Source: Lytechinus pictus (lineage: Eukaryota). From it: a DNA stretch of 64,000 nucleotides. The notes under the pieces were generated by a model, which was not told where the DNA came from, ran no database searches, and was given only the letters and a program-made list of their open reading frames with translations. Where the stretch lies: the NCBI RefSeq assembly GCF_037042905.1, contig NC_087245.1:21578001-21642000 (forward strand), in the 5' to 3' direction. The translations under genes and the position numbers were made by a program. Below, piece after piece: positions 12,109 to 27,100 of the stretch (the stretch's first letter is position 1; every line of letters begins with the position of its first letter).

Positions 12109-15100
12109 TCATCTCCATACCTTGAACGTCTTATTGAAAGTCTGTCAAGAGAAATAAAAACAAAGCAGACCATTTGTCAAAAATTTGTTTGGTTATGAAT
12201 TGATTAGCTTTCATTATAATTATGTTGCAGTTATTGTAAGCATGTTCAATTTTGGGCCTTGAAAATTGTGAAATTTTTAAACTGAATAAATAAATAAAAT
12301 TAATTAAATGAATAAAATAAAAATAATTGAACCATCTCTGATCACAGGCTACTCCTAGCCTAGATTGCAATTATCAAGTCAACATACTTTGAATATCATA
12401 CTGAAAGGATTAAAGGGAGGGAAATAACAGTAGTCTGGATGAGCTACAAAAATAAACTGCAGTGCTTTTTTAAATACACAATTCACTTGAATCGTGACTA
12501 CTGAATTGTTATAGCTTATAGGAATTTTTTCTTTAATATCTAGTAACATACTTTGAAGTCTAATACATGTAGAAGTCTGTAATGAGGATAAAAAACCCTT
12601 CTGAACCATTTGTTAAACAGTATTAAACTATGAACACTGACTAGGTTCAGAATGTTTTCATTATCTTTATAAATATTCAGTAGCATACACTATAAGATTC
12701 CAGATTCAAGACAAAAATATGCATATTTTTCTTACATAGCTGCACTTGCAAACATGGAATTTACTTCCTTTTAGCCTTGTTTTCTCCAGCTCTGCAAATA
12801 TTAACTATAATAGTAAAAGCATTTCAAACTAGAAACCAGGGGAGAGCTTCAGGAAAAGCACTTGATGGATGTTTTTTTTTTTTGGGGGGTAAAATATTAA
12901 GAGAGGATGTGTTGGGGGAGGAGCAGCAAGGAGGAATATACACAACACAAAAAAGAAAACACGTAAAACAATCTTACCTTCTTCACGTTGCTTGAATTTT
13001 TGAAAGTTATGGTCCCTGATAACCTGACCCTAAAATGTCTTCTCCACATAAAGCTTCTTTCCATCCTCATAGTGCCTTGGACAGAATCCCCAGTCTCTAC
13101 ATCATACCAGTCATCTAGAACTAAGGCTGCTTGCTTCCAGTGGGTCAGTCTAAAAGAGAGAATGAATACAAATGACAGTCTCTACATCATATCAATTGGT
13201 CGTTGACTGTACAGTCACAATGAAAATCAACCTGTTCGTCACCTACAGCATAATCTACAAAACCGTTAAATCAATTTCTCCAAAAAATCTAATCACTAAT
13301 TTATGCATGAAATAAAAATGTTTACCCAAATGACAACAAGAAAGAAAAAAGGCCACTCACAGTTTCAATGTATAATTTCAGTAAAGCCCTGGATTATTAA
13401 GAAATATACCTATCAATATATTAATTTAAAAACAAAAAAGGGGGAAGGGAGAAAAAAAATCGCCCTTTGATTATTTTAAAGAAAAAAAATATAGAAGAAT
13501 ATATAGGATGGCAAAAATAATCAAACTGACTGGTTGCCAAATAAAAAGAACCCCCCCATTTGTCCTCCACTGCATGGTGCACAGAACAACCTGCCAAGGA
13601 CTACTTTTTCAGAACAATAGTGTTCAGTAATCCATGGTTACAGAACTATATTCTAGCATACCCAGTAATAGAAGTTGTACCTTTTTAGCGATAAATATTT
13701 TATTGAATCTGATTCTATGCCGGTTTACTTTTTTTTTTTTATACAACCTGTACAGTACAACTGTTATGTGCAAGGTGTGAAATAGATGTTGGACTTACGG
13801 GACATGTGGACTGGTGTCCAGCACCACACATTTTGCACTGCTCTTCTCAAGGGGTTCAAAGTCCACACTGAACCAGGAAGCAAAGCCATGTAGAGTTCCT
13901 GCTTTGCTGATGGTAAATGAAAAATCCTGTTTGATCATCTGCCAAAGAAACATGTGAGAAGGTTATTTTTTTGGGATATGAAAAAAAATATTTAAAAAAA
14001 GAGATAAAATAAAAATTTAGCATTCCACTATGTGTTAAATTCTTTTTTATTACAAACAGTGAATGGTAGTGATTTTTTTACCTAATTGCCTTAGAAAGCA
14101 TCAATGCTCGTAAGCAAGTAACCAGAGGACCAACGACTTAAGGTCCTCTCCGAGGGACCTGGCAATGAGGATTTAAATGCCTTACCAAAGGGCACTAGCG
14201 CACCAATTGGGGAGCAAACCCAGGTCACTGGAATATGAAACCCCCGCTCTCCTGACTGAGCTATTGTGCCTCCTCAATACATGCAGCATAATAACTCTGA
14301 TGTGTTTCTGTCATTTTACATTTTACAGTAAGCTGAAATTTCATTCCCCTCAAAGGTTTGTACAAGAATCACAAATCCATCCACTGCAATTGTTTTCTGT
14401 ACAATACCAAAGCCACAGCTTGTGTAAAAAAAGAAAGAAAAAGAACAACTTTGAAGCTGAACAAACCTCAAGATCTTCTATAGTAACCGTGTTGAGATCA
14501 CATGAATATACAACGTCTCCTTCAGCTAACAGATCACTTGCATTGAGTGCTTCATTGATCAGAGGCTTGCAGAAGTATTCTGACATGGCAGCTGTTCTGT
14601 CAAAAATAATGAAAACAAAATTTTGAGTAAGTGTCAATTTGAAAATGAGGGAAAATCATCTCTGTATGGAGAGGCTGAATGCTCAGATAGGTATGAAAGT
14701 GAACTGCTTGTAACAAGTTTATATTGAAAACCTTCATCAAATTTACTCAAGCTGCTAATTAAAATTGGTTCATTAATCATTTTACTAATTTAACAATAAA
14801 AAATACAAATGTGGATACAGAATTTGTTATCATTCCCCTTAATGTTGAGATTTTAAGACTCAAACAATGAGTTGACAAATAAGAAATGCATTCCCAATAG
14901 ATATTCACCCGTTATAGGGTAGCAGTTTTGCAATCAATTGCACAACAAGAATGTCAGCATTGCTTAAATTGTCAGGAGTGACAATTTCAAAGATAAAATG
15001 TATATGAAGATAATTTCATTTAAATTGGACACCTGATCAAAATAAATTTTCTGTAAAATTTTAGAATATATCGACTAAAACATGTTTTCACTTCATATCA

Positions 15101-18100
15101 TCCCTACCACAACAGTGTTAGGGAATACACGTTCATATAAAGTATTTAGTGTCATGTAACATTGACATCAACTTTTAAGGGAATTACCAGAGCAAGTACA
15201 GAGTAGTGAGTCTTGGGAATCTTTAATCACATCATAAAATCTAAATTTTATAGCAAATGTGAGCCAGCATCCTTAGGAGTATTATTATTACTTATTATTT
15301 GTACTGCGCTTTTCCCCATTAGGTAAATGGATCAACTTGACTGAACCATAAAATGTTAAACAATGGTAATTCCACATTTTCAGGGAGAAATAAAACTTTG
15401 TTTCACAGGACAATGAGAAACTAAAAATATCCCATATGTGGTTGCTGTACTGAACAGACGTGGTTGCAGTACGGAGCAGACGTGCATGGTTGCTGTACTG
15501 AATTCAGACGTGGTTGCAGTACGGAGCGACCACCACCTTTAGTACTAAACTACTAAAGTCTGGACAGTGCCATAACCCACAATGCAGTACTCTGATCAAT
15601 GTAGTCTTGTAATATAGAATCACTTGAATGATAAAACATTAATGCACTACTCAAATACATTAATACCACAATAATCATGTTACAAATTTATAATAGCAAA
15701 ATAAGTACACAAAATCCATAAGCTAATTTACTCTTTTCATTATCAACAGTCACCTTAAAAGGTATATTTCAAGACTAGCTATTTATAACAAACAGTCAAC
15801 GAGAGACCACACACAGTGTTGGCCAGTTCTCTCCCCCTTTAATGCCTAGTTGCCTATTGTTCAGTACGGATATGTGTCAAGTGCATTTATTCTGCCAGAA
15901 AAGTGCACTCACCTCAAGATAGAATAGTCCAGACCACAAACAGAGTCCCAGAAATGGATGCGATCCTTATGTTTGGGTGCAGAGGCTGGTGCCAGGAAGA
16001 GATGGGCTTGGGAAGGCCACATCTTACCATCCTCCTTCAACCATTGGTCCCGGGCAATAAGGACAGACTCGATCATGAACTCAAACTGAGGGAAAAGACA
16101 TCGATTAGGATGGTTTTTATACTTACATGGTTCACATTGCAGTAGTTCATAACATTCAATAATGTATGTGGTGTATATTGAATCTTTATTTATCATCATA
16201 TTCAAACAGTCAGACCGCAGGTCCCTATGCTAATGAGCAAAAAGGCCAGATTCATCCAAATCATCTCGTGGCTGAATCCTCCTCCTTGCAAAATCTCGTG
16301 ATTCGTGAGACTTTCTTTCTCTAAGAATTTACCTGTTTTAACCTCAAGTTAAATGAAATATTATTGCACCATCAGATAGAGTAAATGTTACTCTTTCATA
16401 TTGGTCATTTATTTTGTGTACAATATTTCGTTAAAAAAGTAAATTTCTGGCCTGAAAATGTGCCTCAAAACTGAATTTTCTTCCTCTGTTTTCTTTTGCA
16501 AATTGTGCAAAACTTTTTATTTTGAGCCTCAATGATATCTATATCACCATAAAGCTGAACTTCTGTCCTTTCTCACAATGCCACTCTTGATATGCGGCAC
16601 CTTTTAATCGGGTCAAGATCACACTTTTCCCACCAAGGTACAAGACGAGATTTCTGAAATTTTGTACTTGCATGAAATCCAGAGTTCTGATTGGCTGGAT
16701 AAGGTTCACAGAACAACAGGCGCGGGGTATTTGAGGAGATTACCACATGGGAAGTGTGACCTTCCCATGAACACAGGCACTGGAACCGTTGGAATTTGCC
16801 ACTGTGTGGTCTCTTTGACCAATCAGAGTGCAGTATTCTTGTTTTCAAGCTGCTTTATGTACTTAGCAAATTAAAAGTGTGATCTTGACCCGATTAAACC
16901 AATTCTTATTTTGAAACCTATATCATTTTAAAGCATACATATTCAGCTTTATCATGATCTAAAAATCATTTGGGCTCAAACAAAAATAAAGTGTGAAAAT
17001 AGCAGCTTTTGTCAGGTGAAAATAATTATTTTGTAGCATATTTTAGATCAAAGTTTTAACCTATATTACAAAATCTTTGAATAAATTTAAACACATGACC
17101 TGAAAGAATGATTCTTCTTCTTTACAATGACACCAAATTCATGAAATTCGATGCACAATTAGAGCAGCAATGACCGAATGAAAAGAGGTGTTTTGGTCCG
17201 CATCAGGCTCATTAAATATGCAAAACATCTCAAGTCATGAATATCACTTGGATGAAAGAAGCCACTTTCTTGGGACCTGCCGTCTGACTGCAAATAGCTT
17301 CGTACCTTCAAAGTGATGTACATAGATTAACACCATTTTGGGCAATAAGGAAAGGCAGGGGAAACAGTTTGCTCCAAAATGTGACAAAGGCATCTAGAAC
17401 AATGCAAAATAGCTCCTATAATTTGCTTTTGTGGTCAATAAAGAATGTGAAAACATTGCCCACATTAAAAGCACTTTTTATTTTCTCTGTGTGGTATACT
17501 GTGTAATATTGCATATATTTCAATTATGAATAAATGTATGCAATGATGGCCAATTTAATATGTGGTTGCATAATTTTATTGTTTAACACAGCCACTTTAT
17601 GTATATATACCAGAGGATATTTTCTTTTAAAATTTACAATTAATTGCCAATCTTTGTGTAACTGAGCCAAGATCATGGAGAGGAGGAAAGAGAAAAAGGG
17701 GGAGAGTACTCACAATAAGAAGGGTTCCCATCCATTCTGAAATGATGAGGTCTACTTTCTCTGGCAAGGTTATATCCTCTACCTTCCCATGATATAAAGT
17801 GATCTCATCAGAAAGGTTGTTATGTTTAATCAGCTTCTCTGCAGTATCCGCCATCTCACTGGCTTCGATTGAATGAACCTGATATTAAGGGGAACATTGA
17901 CAAGAATGTATTTACCAGCCAACAATCACAAAAGCGATTAAAACCTTCTTGGTTGTTTCAAGCAATCTGAATATTAAGCAATTACATTTTTCTTTTCGGT
18001 ATGCAACTGAGCCTATAGGCAATATTCATGCAGTTGATTATAGTGTGACTTGAACATTTCAGATTAAAAAAACGTCCTTTGCTGTGACAAATAGTGCACA

Positions 18101-21100
18101 ATATAGCTGCCTAATAGATACTGTTAACATCAATGATTTTGAACAAGAAAATGAAGAAAGACAAGATGCAAATTTTGGCTATATCATTAATCGAAAATCA
18201 TTGTTATTCAATACTTAAAATATGTATAGAGAATTTAAGATGTTAAGAACTTGAACATTTCTTATCATTTGTAATGTTTTTAAGTTCTAGCCATCAATCT
18301 ATATTGGAATACTGGATTCTGACCGGTAAGGCACCATCGGAATCTGAAAAAGAGAGATTTCAGACATGACCCGGCCCTATTTTAGAGAGACCAAGTTTCT
18401 CATATTAGATTTTTAAAGCCCAAATGACTACTTTGGCTCAATACATTAATACAACAATGCATAGTTGTGAGTGTGAACGTGTGAATAATGGCGATGCCAA
18501 TGCACATACTTGAGGGTATATGCAAAGTGCAACAAGCCTGACTGCTTTTGCATAATACTGTGGATACCTGAGATTTAATCCTGTGCATTCTTTGTTTTAT
18601 AAAATTGGTTGGTTGGTGTCACAGTGGAATTGCAATTACTTGTACTGTGCATCTTTTGGAACAATACAGATAAAGAGAGATAAAATAGAAAACGTAAAAA
18701 AATGCTTTTTGTTTCATTGGTGGTGAAAGATGGTGAAATGAGATTAATGAAAAGCGAGGTTAATTTCATAGTGTGAAAGACAAGGCATTGTCTATAGTTT
18801 CTGTTATTCCAGAGGTCATTGAAATGAATTATGGGCAGTGGAGCAGAAGATTATCCTTTGTTCATGGGGGGGGGGGATAGGGGACATCCACATGTATTGT
18901 TGCGTCCCCCTAACACAAAAGTTTAATCCTCTGGTCTGCTGCCCATGAAATGAATGTGAACAGTGTTGGAGAATGGGGTTTAATTTTCCAGTGTGAATGA
19001 GGTCCCATCTATAGAGTCTTGAATGCCAGAAGTAATTGAACTGCACGCTTACTGTATGTTTTTTAGCCCAGGATAGGCTTTTGTATTTGGGATTTTTTAG
19101 GTGCCAGTATGCAAATTAAGTTTGGACATGTTCCTTGCACTGTACATGTAGAATGGTACACTTGGAGCAGACACACCTAGCCAGCTAGAGAAGGATAACA
19201 TGCCAAGTATGGGCATGGGTCCTCAGCAGATTTTATTTGATAAATTTCCTCAATATTTCTCTAGTTTTGTCTAGATTTCTATTATCAAAAAGTTTTCAAG
19301 TTTGAGAGCAGAATAACCTGGTTTTTTTAACAGGGTTTTGCATAAATAATTCTGTACAAGAATAGTTGTAATTCAGCACCACCGGGTGGTTGACTTTGGA
19401 GCTTTTGTATGTTTTTTAAAGTATCAGACATAAAGTATAGTTGTGAAAGATATACATGATTTATGTGAACGGATAAAGGATTCTTTATTATAGTGAATGT
19501 ATGATTCTTTATGGACAATTCTACATTATATGAGTAAATCTTTAGTGCTGTTTTGTAAATGAACTTTTGAGAAAACTCATTTTTGTCAGGATTCAAGAGA
19601 CTTGATATTTCATAGAGAGTTAATGAACCGTATATGTTTCATTCTCAAAACTTAGCAAGTACCACCATTCCCTCATATTTACTGTTCAGTGATGCAAGTC
19701 AGATGTGGATTCTTACCCTCTTGGCTCCTCCATGCTTAACACACAGCATGCTAAGAAACCCTGTCCCACAGCCGACATCCAAAACAACCTGTAAAAAACC
19801 AACAAAATATGTCATTAACTCTTACTCTGCCAGGCCCAATACCCCTCTACTGCCAGGGATATTTGAGGGAATCCTAAATTGACCGAAATGTGAGCAGCGA
19901 CTGATTTTAAAACGGTCATAATTCTTTACCCGTACGTTGTATAATAAAACCTTCTACACATGAAATGATGCATGGTTCATGGGCTTTATGGTCGTGTTAT
20001 CATCTTTCATATTCGCGTTTGGAAAAATGGAGAAAAGATGTAATATTTTACATCATTTTTTTTTCAATAAGTAAAACCTAGAAAATTATGATTTCATAAA
20101 CATTTCAAAGAGTAAATAACCTGAGGAATTGTAGAGATACCAAGAAATTAAGAAGATAAAATGAAAGTTCAATGTTTACCCTTTCAAATGACGTATCTAT
20201 TGATGAAATTGAACAAACAGAAATAACGAAAAATAATGCTCTTTTGAATGAAATACTATTTTGCTATTCAAGTTATTTCCTCTGATGTACGAGAAAGCGA
20301 CCTGTTCCAAAAAAGGTCATTGTCGCCGATCAAGTGACCAATCACAGCACAGCAATCCCCAAGCAAACACACACAATAATACATTAGAGCCATGTATCTT
20401 CAAAGTGCGGCCAACCGTACCCTTTCATTCGTGTAGTCTTCAAAATAAGACTCTGTATTTTTTTTTATTCGTAGTGTAACAAACAAAGTTATTGCCAGTC
20501 AGGAGGAGACAAAATATAAAAGAACTAAAGATGATATATTGAAATATAGATAAAGAGGGTTGGACAGATTCAATACTTACAAGTTTGGGGTATAAAATCC
20601 CACAAAATAATATGGGCGTTCTTCGCAAAGTGCACAGAAGTAAGAAAAAAAAAAGTTTATTTGTCGTGAATCAAAGAAGAGGGAATGCAAATCAGTTACA
20701 AACAAAAAATCAATACAAATTTTCAAAAAGAAAATAGGCCTATTTGTTCTGTATTACTGGTCTGACCAAAGTAGCCACCTGTTAACATTCTAAGTGACTA
20801 CATTCTTTTGTTCATGCCACCAAGTCATAAACAATAGATGCCCAGACTCTCTTTCATGAGGAATCTCTAATCCGCGCTCCCTCCTGACCTATAAAGAATT
20901 CAGATGTAAACATCCCAAACCTACCTCGGGCCACCTTTTAGCGAACCTACCCGAGACCACATCCAGAGGTAGTCTCGGATAGGTATCGGGCCGGCCCCGG
21001 TCCACCGATTCGTAGATGTAAATGCACACAAGCTTTCGAACCTATCTCGGTCTGTTCGCCAGCTGTCAAATTATGTCATAGCGCGTGCTATCCCCTCTTC

Positions 21101-24100
21101 GAATGTTTTGCGGCATGCGACATGTGAATTGTGATTGATAAAGTCTTTGATTTGAGTGGAAAGAAGGAAGCATTTTAAACGTTTCCTTTTCAAGTCGATC
21201 ATATCTTCAACGACTGCTGGGATCATCAGCATTCTTCCAGAATCTCAGGTAAAGGTAAAGGTAAAGAGTCGTTTCGACTCTCACTGGAAATGATCGGCAC
21301 ATGTCCCACCCTGTCATTTCTGTGTAGCAGCCGACGAGTGTAACGAAATGTAAACAACTTCAATTAGCGCGCGCAAATTATTCAGAGCCTAGATCGAGAG
21401 CGCCCTTTGGTGTCAGCAATCGGATACCGTTCGAAACCGTACCGATAGGGGAGGGAATGAATGCTGTGATGTAAACAGACCACATTTTGCACTAGGTCCG
21501 TTCACGAAGCTAATCCACCAATAATCCAGTCAAGGTTGCAAGTGCACTCGGTCGGGTCTCGGGTAGGAAACTTTCAGATGTAACAGGGGTCATAGTTCCG
21601 AGAGTATATTGATCTATTTCATGAAAAGTACCCCCACTAAACATAAATGAGTATTCACATACCTTCCCTTTCATTGCTTCCTTGTTTCTTTCAATGGCAA
21701 CTTGATAAGCTTCATTCCTGGCTTGGTCACTTAGCATTTCCTGTTGCAATTTCTGTACAAGGAAGCAATAGGAAAAAATAAAGTATAGATGATTAAATGG
21801 AGTGGTTAGTAATAAACTGTGCATCATGTTTTAAAGAGCATAAAGACTTCCATTATATGTTTCTTGAATATATATCAGCAAAATTAACATGGGCCCTATT
21901 GGTATCTTAAAATGTTTCAGGAACAGAACATAATGACCTTTCTGAATTTCGAACTTTGACCTTGTGACCCCCAACTCTAATCAGATAAATGTTCCTCTAA
22001 TATGCAAACAATATTCATGTTTAAAGTAAAATACATGTACAGTTATTCAGTTATCTCAAGAACAAGATGTTCGAATGTATAATGACCTCTGTGACTTTGA
22101 TCTTGATCTTGCTCCCCCCACCAAAAAAAAAAAATAATGACAAATAAATAAATGAATATAGTAAAACATTTTGATTCTTAATGAATAGATACAAGAAAAC
22201 GTGGACAAAATATGAATAAAAAAAAAGATCACCACTCTTATAATGGCACAACCTCAGAGGCATGAAAACCTACCATTTTACTTGATGTATAAATAATTAT
22301 AAGCGTAACTGTGTAACGGGCCAATGCTATAATGATCATCCACTAATATGATACCAAGGACTCTTACCAAAGTACTGTAGCTCCCAAAGTATTCATCATC
22401 TTGCCAGTCAGGTTTCGATGCAGGATCCGTGGATTCTGTAGCAATGTGATTGGTTGGAATGTAACCTGTGGTATTACCCTTGCGTGCCCACCACCAGTCA
22501 ACGTTGGTTTTGCGCAGCACTGATAGCACTTGCCCGGTTTCAAAGCTCAACTGGAAGGAAAAACAGATTTTGAGACATCATAAGGTTGCACTGCTTACTT
22601 GTGTAGAGGTTGATTCAGCCAGGCAAAAATCAGATCCAGAATGTAATCAAAGGCAAATTACATCCAGAATGTCGTCGGAGGCAAATTACATCCAGAATGT
22701 CGTCGGAGGCAAATTACATCCAGAATGTCATCAGAGGCAAATCACATCCAGAATGTCATTGGGAGCAAATGACATCCAGAATGTCGTCAGAGGCAAATCA
22801 CATCCAGAATGTCATCAGAGGCAAATTACATCCAGAATGTCGTCGGAGGCAAATTACATCCAGAATGTCATCAGAGGCAAATCACATCCAGAATGTCATT
22901 GGAGGCAAATTACATCTAGAATGTCATCAGAGGCAAATTACATCCAGAATGTCATTAAAGGCAAATTACATCCAGAATATTGTCAGAGGCAAATCACATC
23001 AAGAATGTCATTAAAGGCAAATCACATCAAGAATGTCATCAGAGGCAAATCACACTAAGAATGACATTAGAGGCAAATCACATTCAGAGTGTCATTCATC
23101 AAGCAACTCTAGGCAAATAACATCCAAAATGTCATCAGAGGCACATTGGATTACTTCAGAGATATATCTAAATAATTACTCTCCCAAGGTAAACTAAGTG
23201 TTGATTGAAATATTCTGTCAGACTATTGGGGCGTTGCAAGAAACTTGCGTTCAATTGCATGTCCATTTTCGGTCTCTAAATCTTTCGTATGTCTTGTAAT
23301 TAATTGTAAATTTGTGATTGATTTCTAGACTGCTTCTTCTAATAAGAAGTGTATTCTGATTTGCTACAGCTAAAATTGATCTATTAATTGTAAAATTGCA
23401 ACATAATATTTGCAATTGATCGCAAATATTTTCTTGCAACACCCCAATATGGCTCGAGAATTGCGTCTAAATATGGGACCCTTATATATCTCTAAGGAGT
23501 CCAATGGCATGATGCAAGTTATATTTCTTGAATCACCATCTCTTTATTTACTATCTCTATTTCTATTAAAGTAAAGTAAAAGTAAACAAAACCATTAGGA
23601 GTGACATTTCTCTCCAAATCCACCCACAAGTTGACTGCTGTTCATAGTAAACATCATTACCAAACTAAGTCATCGAATCCCGACGAAGCAATCTATAAGA
23701 TACAAAAATATGCTCTTTAATATCTTTCCAGAAAGCATATATGCCAATTAAGTACTGTTACAAAAATCACCATATCCCACTGTTTGAAACTAAAGATTGT
23801 CTGTGCTTTCTAGGATTGTCTTCGTTTAGGGATTACTTAAAAACAAAACAATCTAGGAACGCTGATAGACATGTCAAATGCTGATTGGTTGGTAAATCTA
23901 CAGTACTCCAGCATAGCAACTATGAGACTAGACTGAAAAAAATCTGCCATTTCTTCTGGGTTTTAATTTTCTGATTTTTCTCAGTCCTCCTCTGACACAG
24001 ACGGATAACTCCTTTAGGCAGTTTCATAAAATAGGTACGTCCGACCCCCTATACGTGGGGCCTTCGTGAAATTTTCTGTCTGTGATTTCTTGTTCTTTTG

Positions 24101-27100
24101 ACAGTCAGTAATGTTCTCAAGGGTCCATGACTTGGTCAGTTTAAGAAGTGAAGTAAGACTTGAGATAAATGGGGGTCGGACGTACAAAAAGGTTGATTAT
24201 TTTATGGAATTGCCCATGACTCGTAATGGTGGTGGTTGGTGCGACGCTACTACAGCGTCTCACTTCACCCTCTTTGGTTTCTCCTTAAATCCCACTTTTA
24301 ATGGGGGAGGTATCCCCCATGAATGAAAAAAAAACTTTTTATGAATATTATAAACTTACTAGTTTCTCAAAATATGTAATGTAAAATCCAAAATTTTGAT
24401 TTCAAACAGACAGGGTCAGGTTCGTCTACAGTTCATCATGTTTCTAATGCAGCTAGAACATACCGCACGTACGTGCATAGCGCCAACTTAATGTGTTCCG
24501 CCATCTTGCTTGTTGGTTGCCGATAAAATGCACATTTTCAGATTTTTTTTACACTCAGTCATTAGCCGTGACTGAAACATTGACCAATCAAAAACTAAGA
24601 TTCTACAAGAAATATGAATATTCATATACGAAAGTATAAACATAGATAATTCAGTTTTATGTGAAATTTAAACCCAATACTTCAAAATAGGGTAAGTTTT
24701 ATGTCTCTAAAATGACCTTTAAAACCAGAATTTTATTCTTAAAAAATAAGGATTTTTCCAAGTTGCCATGGTAACGCGGCCTGAGATAAAATATCTTAGC
24801 AAATACTTCATTTCAGTGATCGAGGATGCATTTGTTCACGGTATATGTCTACATAAGTTATAACATTTTTTTCCAGACCATAGATAAACTTTCAAAAAGA
24901 GAAATTTTAGGCAAGTTTTTACGATTTTCGGCAATTTTCTGACACGGGCACTTTGAAGACGTAATTTTTACAGAATTAGAAGAAGACATTGTGGATTTTC
25001 CTAATTATCACGACGGATATGCAACTTACTTGTAAACAAATCAAACAAAGTCTATGATACATTTTCGATAATGCGAAAAGAGACATTCAAGTCTCTGATT
25101 GAGAGCCGTAGATTGAACATTCGCACGGCGCAATGGTAACGTTTTCGCCGAATTCGTCGGGGCGAAAACTCCAAGCGAGCCGTACCACTTACCAGTCCCG
25201 AACGCTGCGCTGTATGTTTGATGATATATCTGGTGCCATTTCGTGCTTATAAATTTGTTTTTTCTACAATGCCACTATCTCATTAAAATTGTTTGTCATG
25301 ATAACATTGGAAATACTATCGTTTAATGGCCCAAAGGATCGACTGTAATAAAAGATACTTTGAAATATTGTCAGAGAGTGATTAGTTAGGTGATGTTTAT
25401 GGTCAGAATTTAGTCATGGCTTCGGGTGAACTTACGCGAACGCGGTCACTTGCTCACGGGGCGAGTCGGCCTGGCCCTTTGGTGGAAGGCCGTTGGGCAA
25501 CGTGCAGTGCAGCTAGAGCAGAGTTGGGGAGTTAGGTAAAAATACTTTGAAATAAGTAATCTGCAAATATTTTTGTCTTATCCCTTTGGATTAGAAATTC
25601 AAATTCTCAAAGTTGAAATCCAATTTTAGACAGTGACATAACAAAGAGTGGTGCTGTTAGGGGGGGGGGGGGTCTTGCATGCCCCCAATTCACGAACAAG
25701 AAAAAAAAGGAAAAGGAAAGAGAATCTTGCGAAATTGTTTGATTGGAATTTTGTAACACAAACGTCAAAATTATGCTCATGTCGCTTGCTTGCAACTATA
25801 TACTTTTATAAATTTTGCCCGATATGTCATATCGTATACTGGTAACCCTCAATTTTTTTCGCTCGTTACGCCACTGATATAACAGCTACTTTATGCTATC
25901 ATTATTTGGTTGCGGGATCAAAGCATCAGCTACAGCTAAACATACTTTATGCCTGTTCAACTTCCAAAACAGGTTATGAGATGTTAAGATCTATGGGTGC
26001 CTTTATTATTTTCATTTTCAATTAAAACAATTATCATTACTTATGTATTAATTAATTTAGTATTAACCTCCATGATACATTTTATTGTGTTAAAATCATA
26101 CAATTTCTGTTATATTAAGCCCTTTTAAAAACATGCTCAATAGCAGACCCCCCCCCCCATATATAAACACAATAGAAGTGTATATAGAATTAATTGACCC
26201 CCCTAGCTCCCCTATTGAGGACAAAATGAAAAAAAAAATGCTCAAAATAATCGACCGCCCCCCTTTGACGAGGCAGCTGTCGGTGGCATGATGTCTTCAT
26301 TGACTCTTTTTTTTTTTTTGCTTGTAAAAAAATATTGAAGAAATAGGGGCTACTCTAAGTGTCCCCTATGAAATGAAAATCGATCTGGATCTGCAAGTGC
26401 ATGGGGCTGCGCCCTCTCCAAGGTCATAGCTACCCCCATATCTTTAGGTTTTAGCTGTCATCTTTTTCAGCTCCCTGATTTTTTGGAAGAAAAAAAAACG
26501 GGGCGAAAGAAAAGAGTGAAATAAATCAAATACGATTAATCAAAATTTGATTTGTTTGAAAGAACTTATCAGAGAAACTAAATTAAATTCTACAACCATG
26601 AAGAATAACAGCAATCTTGATTAATTCTGTTTGAATTGTTTTTTTGTTTTTTTCAAAATCAGAACCAATCAACCTTTTTCTGATTATTCTGTCACTTTCC
26701 ATATTTTGGAGAAAAAAATTAAGGTGTTCATCGACGCCCTGTACTGCATGATGAAACTGTATCCCCACTCGGCCCTCTTAACTCCCCCCCCCTCTCTCTC
26801 TCTCTCCCTCCCCCCCCCACCACAAAGCCCCTTGCTCATTTCTCTTATCTCACCTTGACCTTAATTAATTAATCTTAACTATCTGGCGGTACAGTCAAAC
26901 GTGACTGGTCGCCATCATAGTTTCATCCCCAACAAACACGGAACAAACAATAACAACAATTCTGTTTTTCGACCCAACATCATTCCTTTCAATACGCGTA
27001 AGGCCATACGTGGGCATGCACAAACAACGTGGGTTCACAAAAACAGACCCGCGTTTGGACTGAAATTGTGATTAAAATAAAAATGTTATAAATATAAAAA

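Noticed and set aside
22468..23058. 196-aa and 134-aa repetitive ORFs
   Set aside because: Products of a stop-free 28-bp minisatellite, antisense to a PRMT2 intron.
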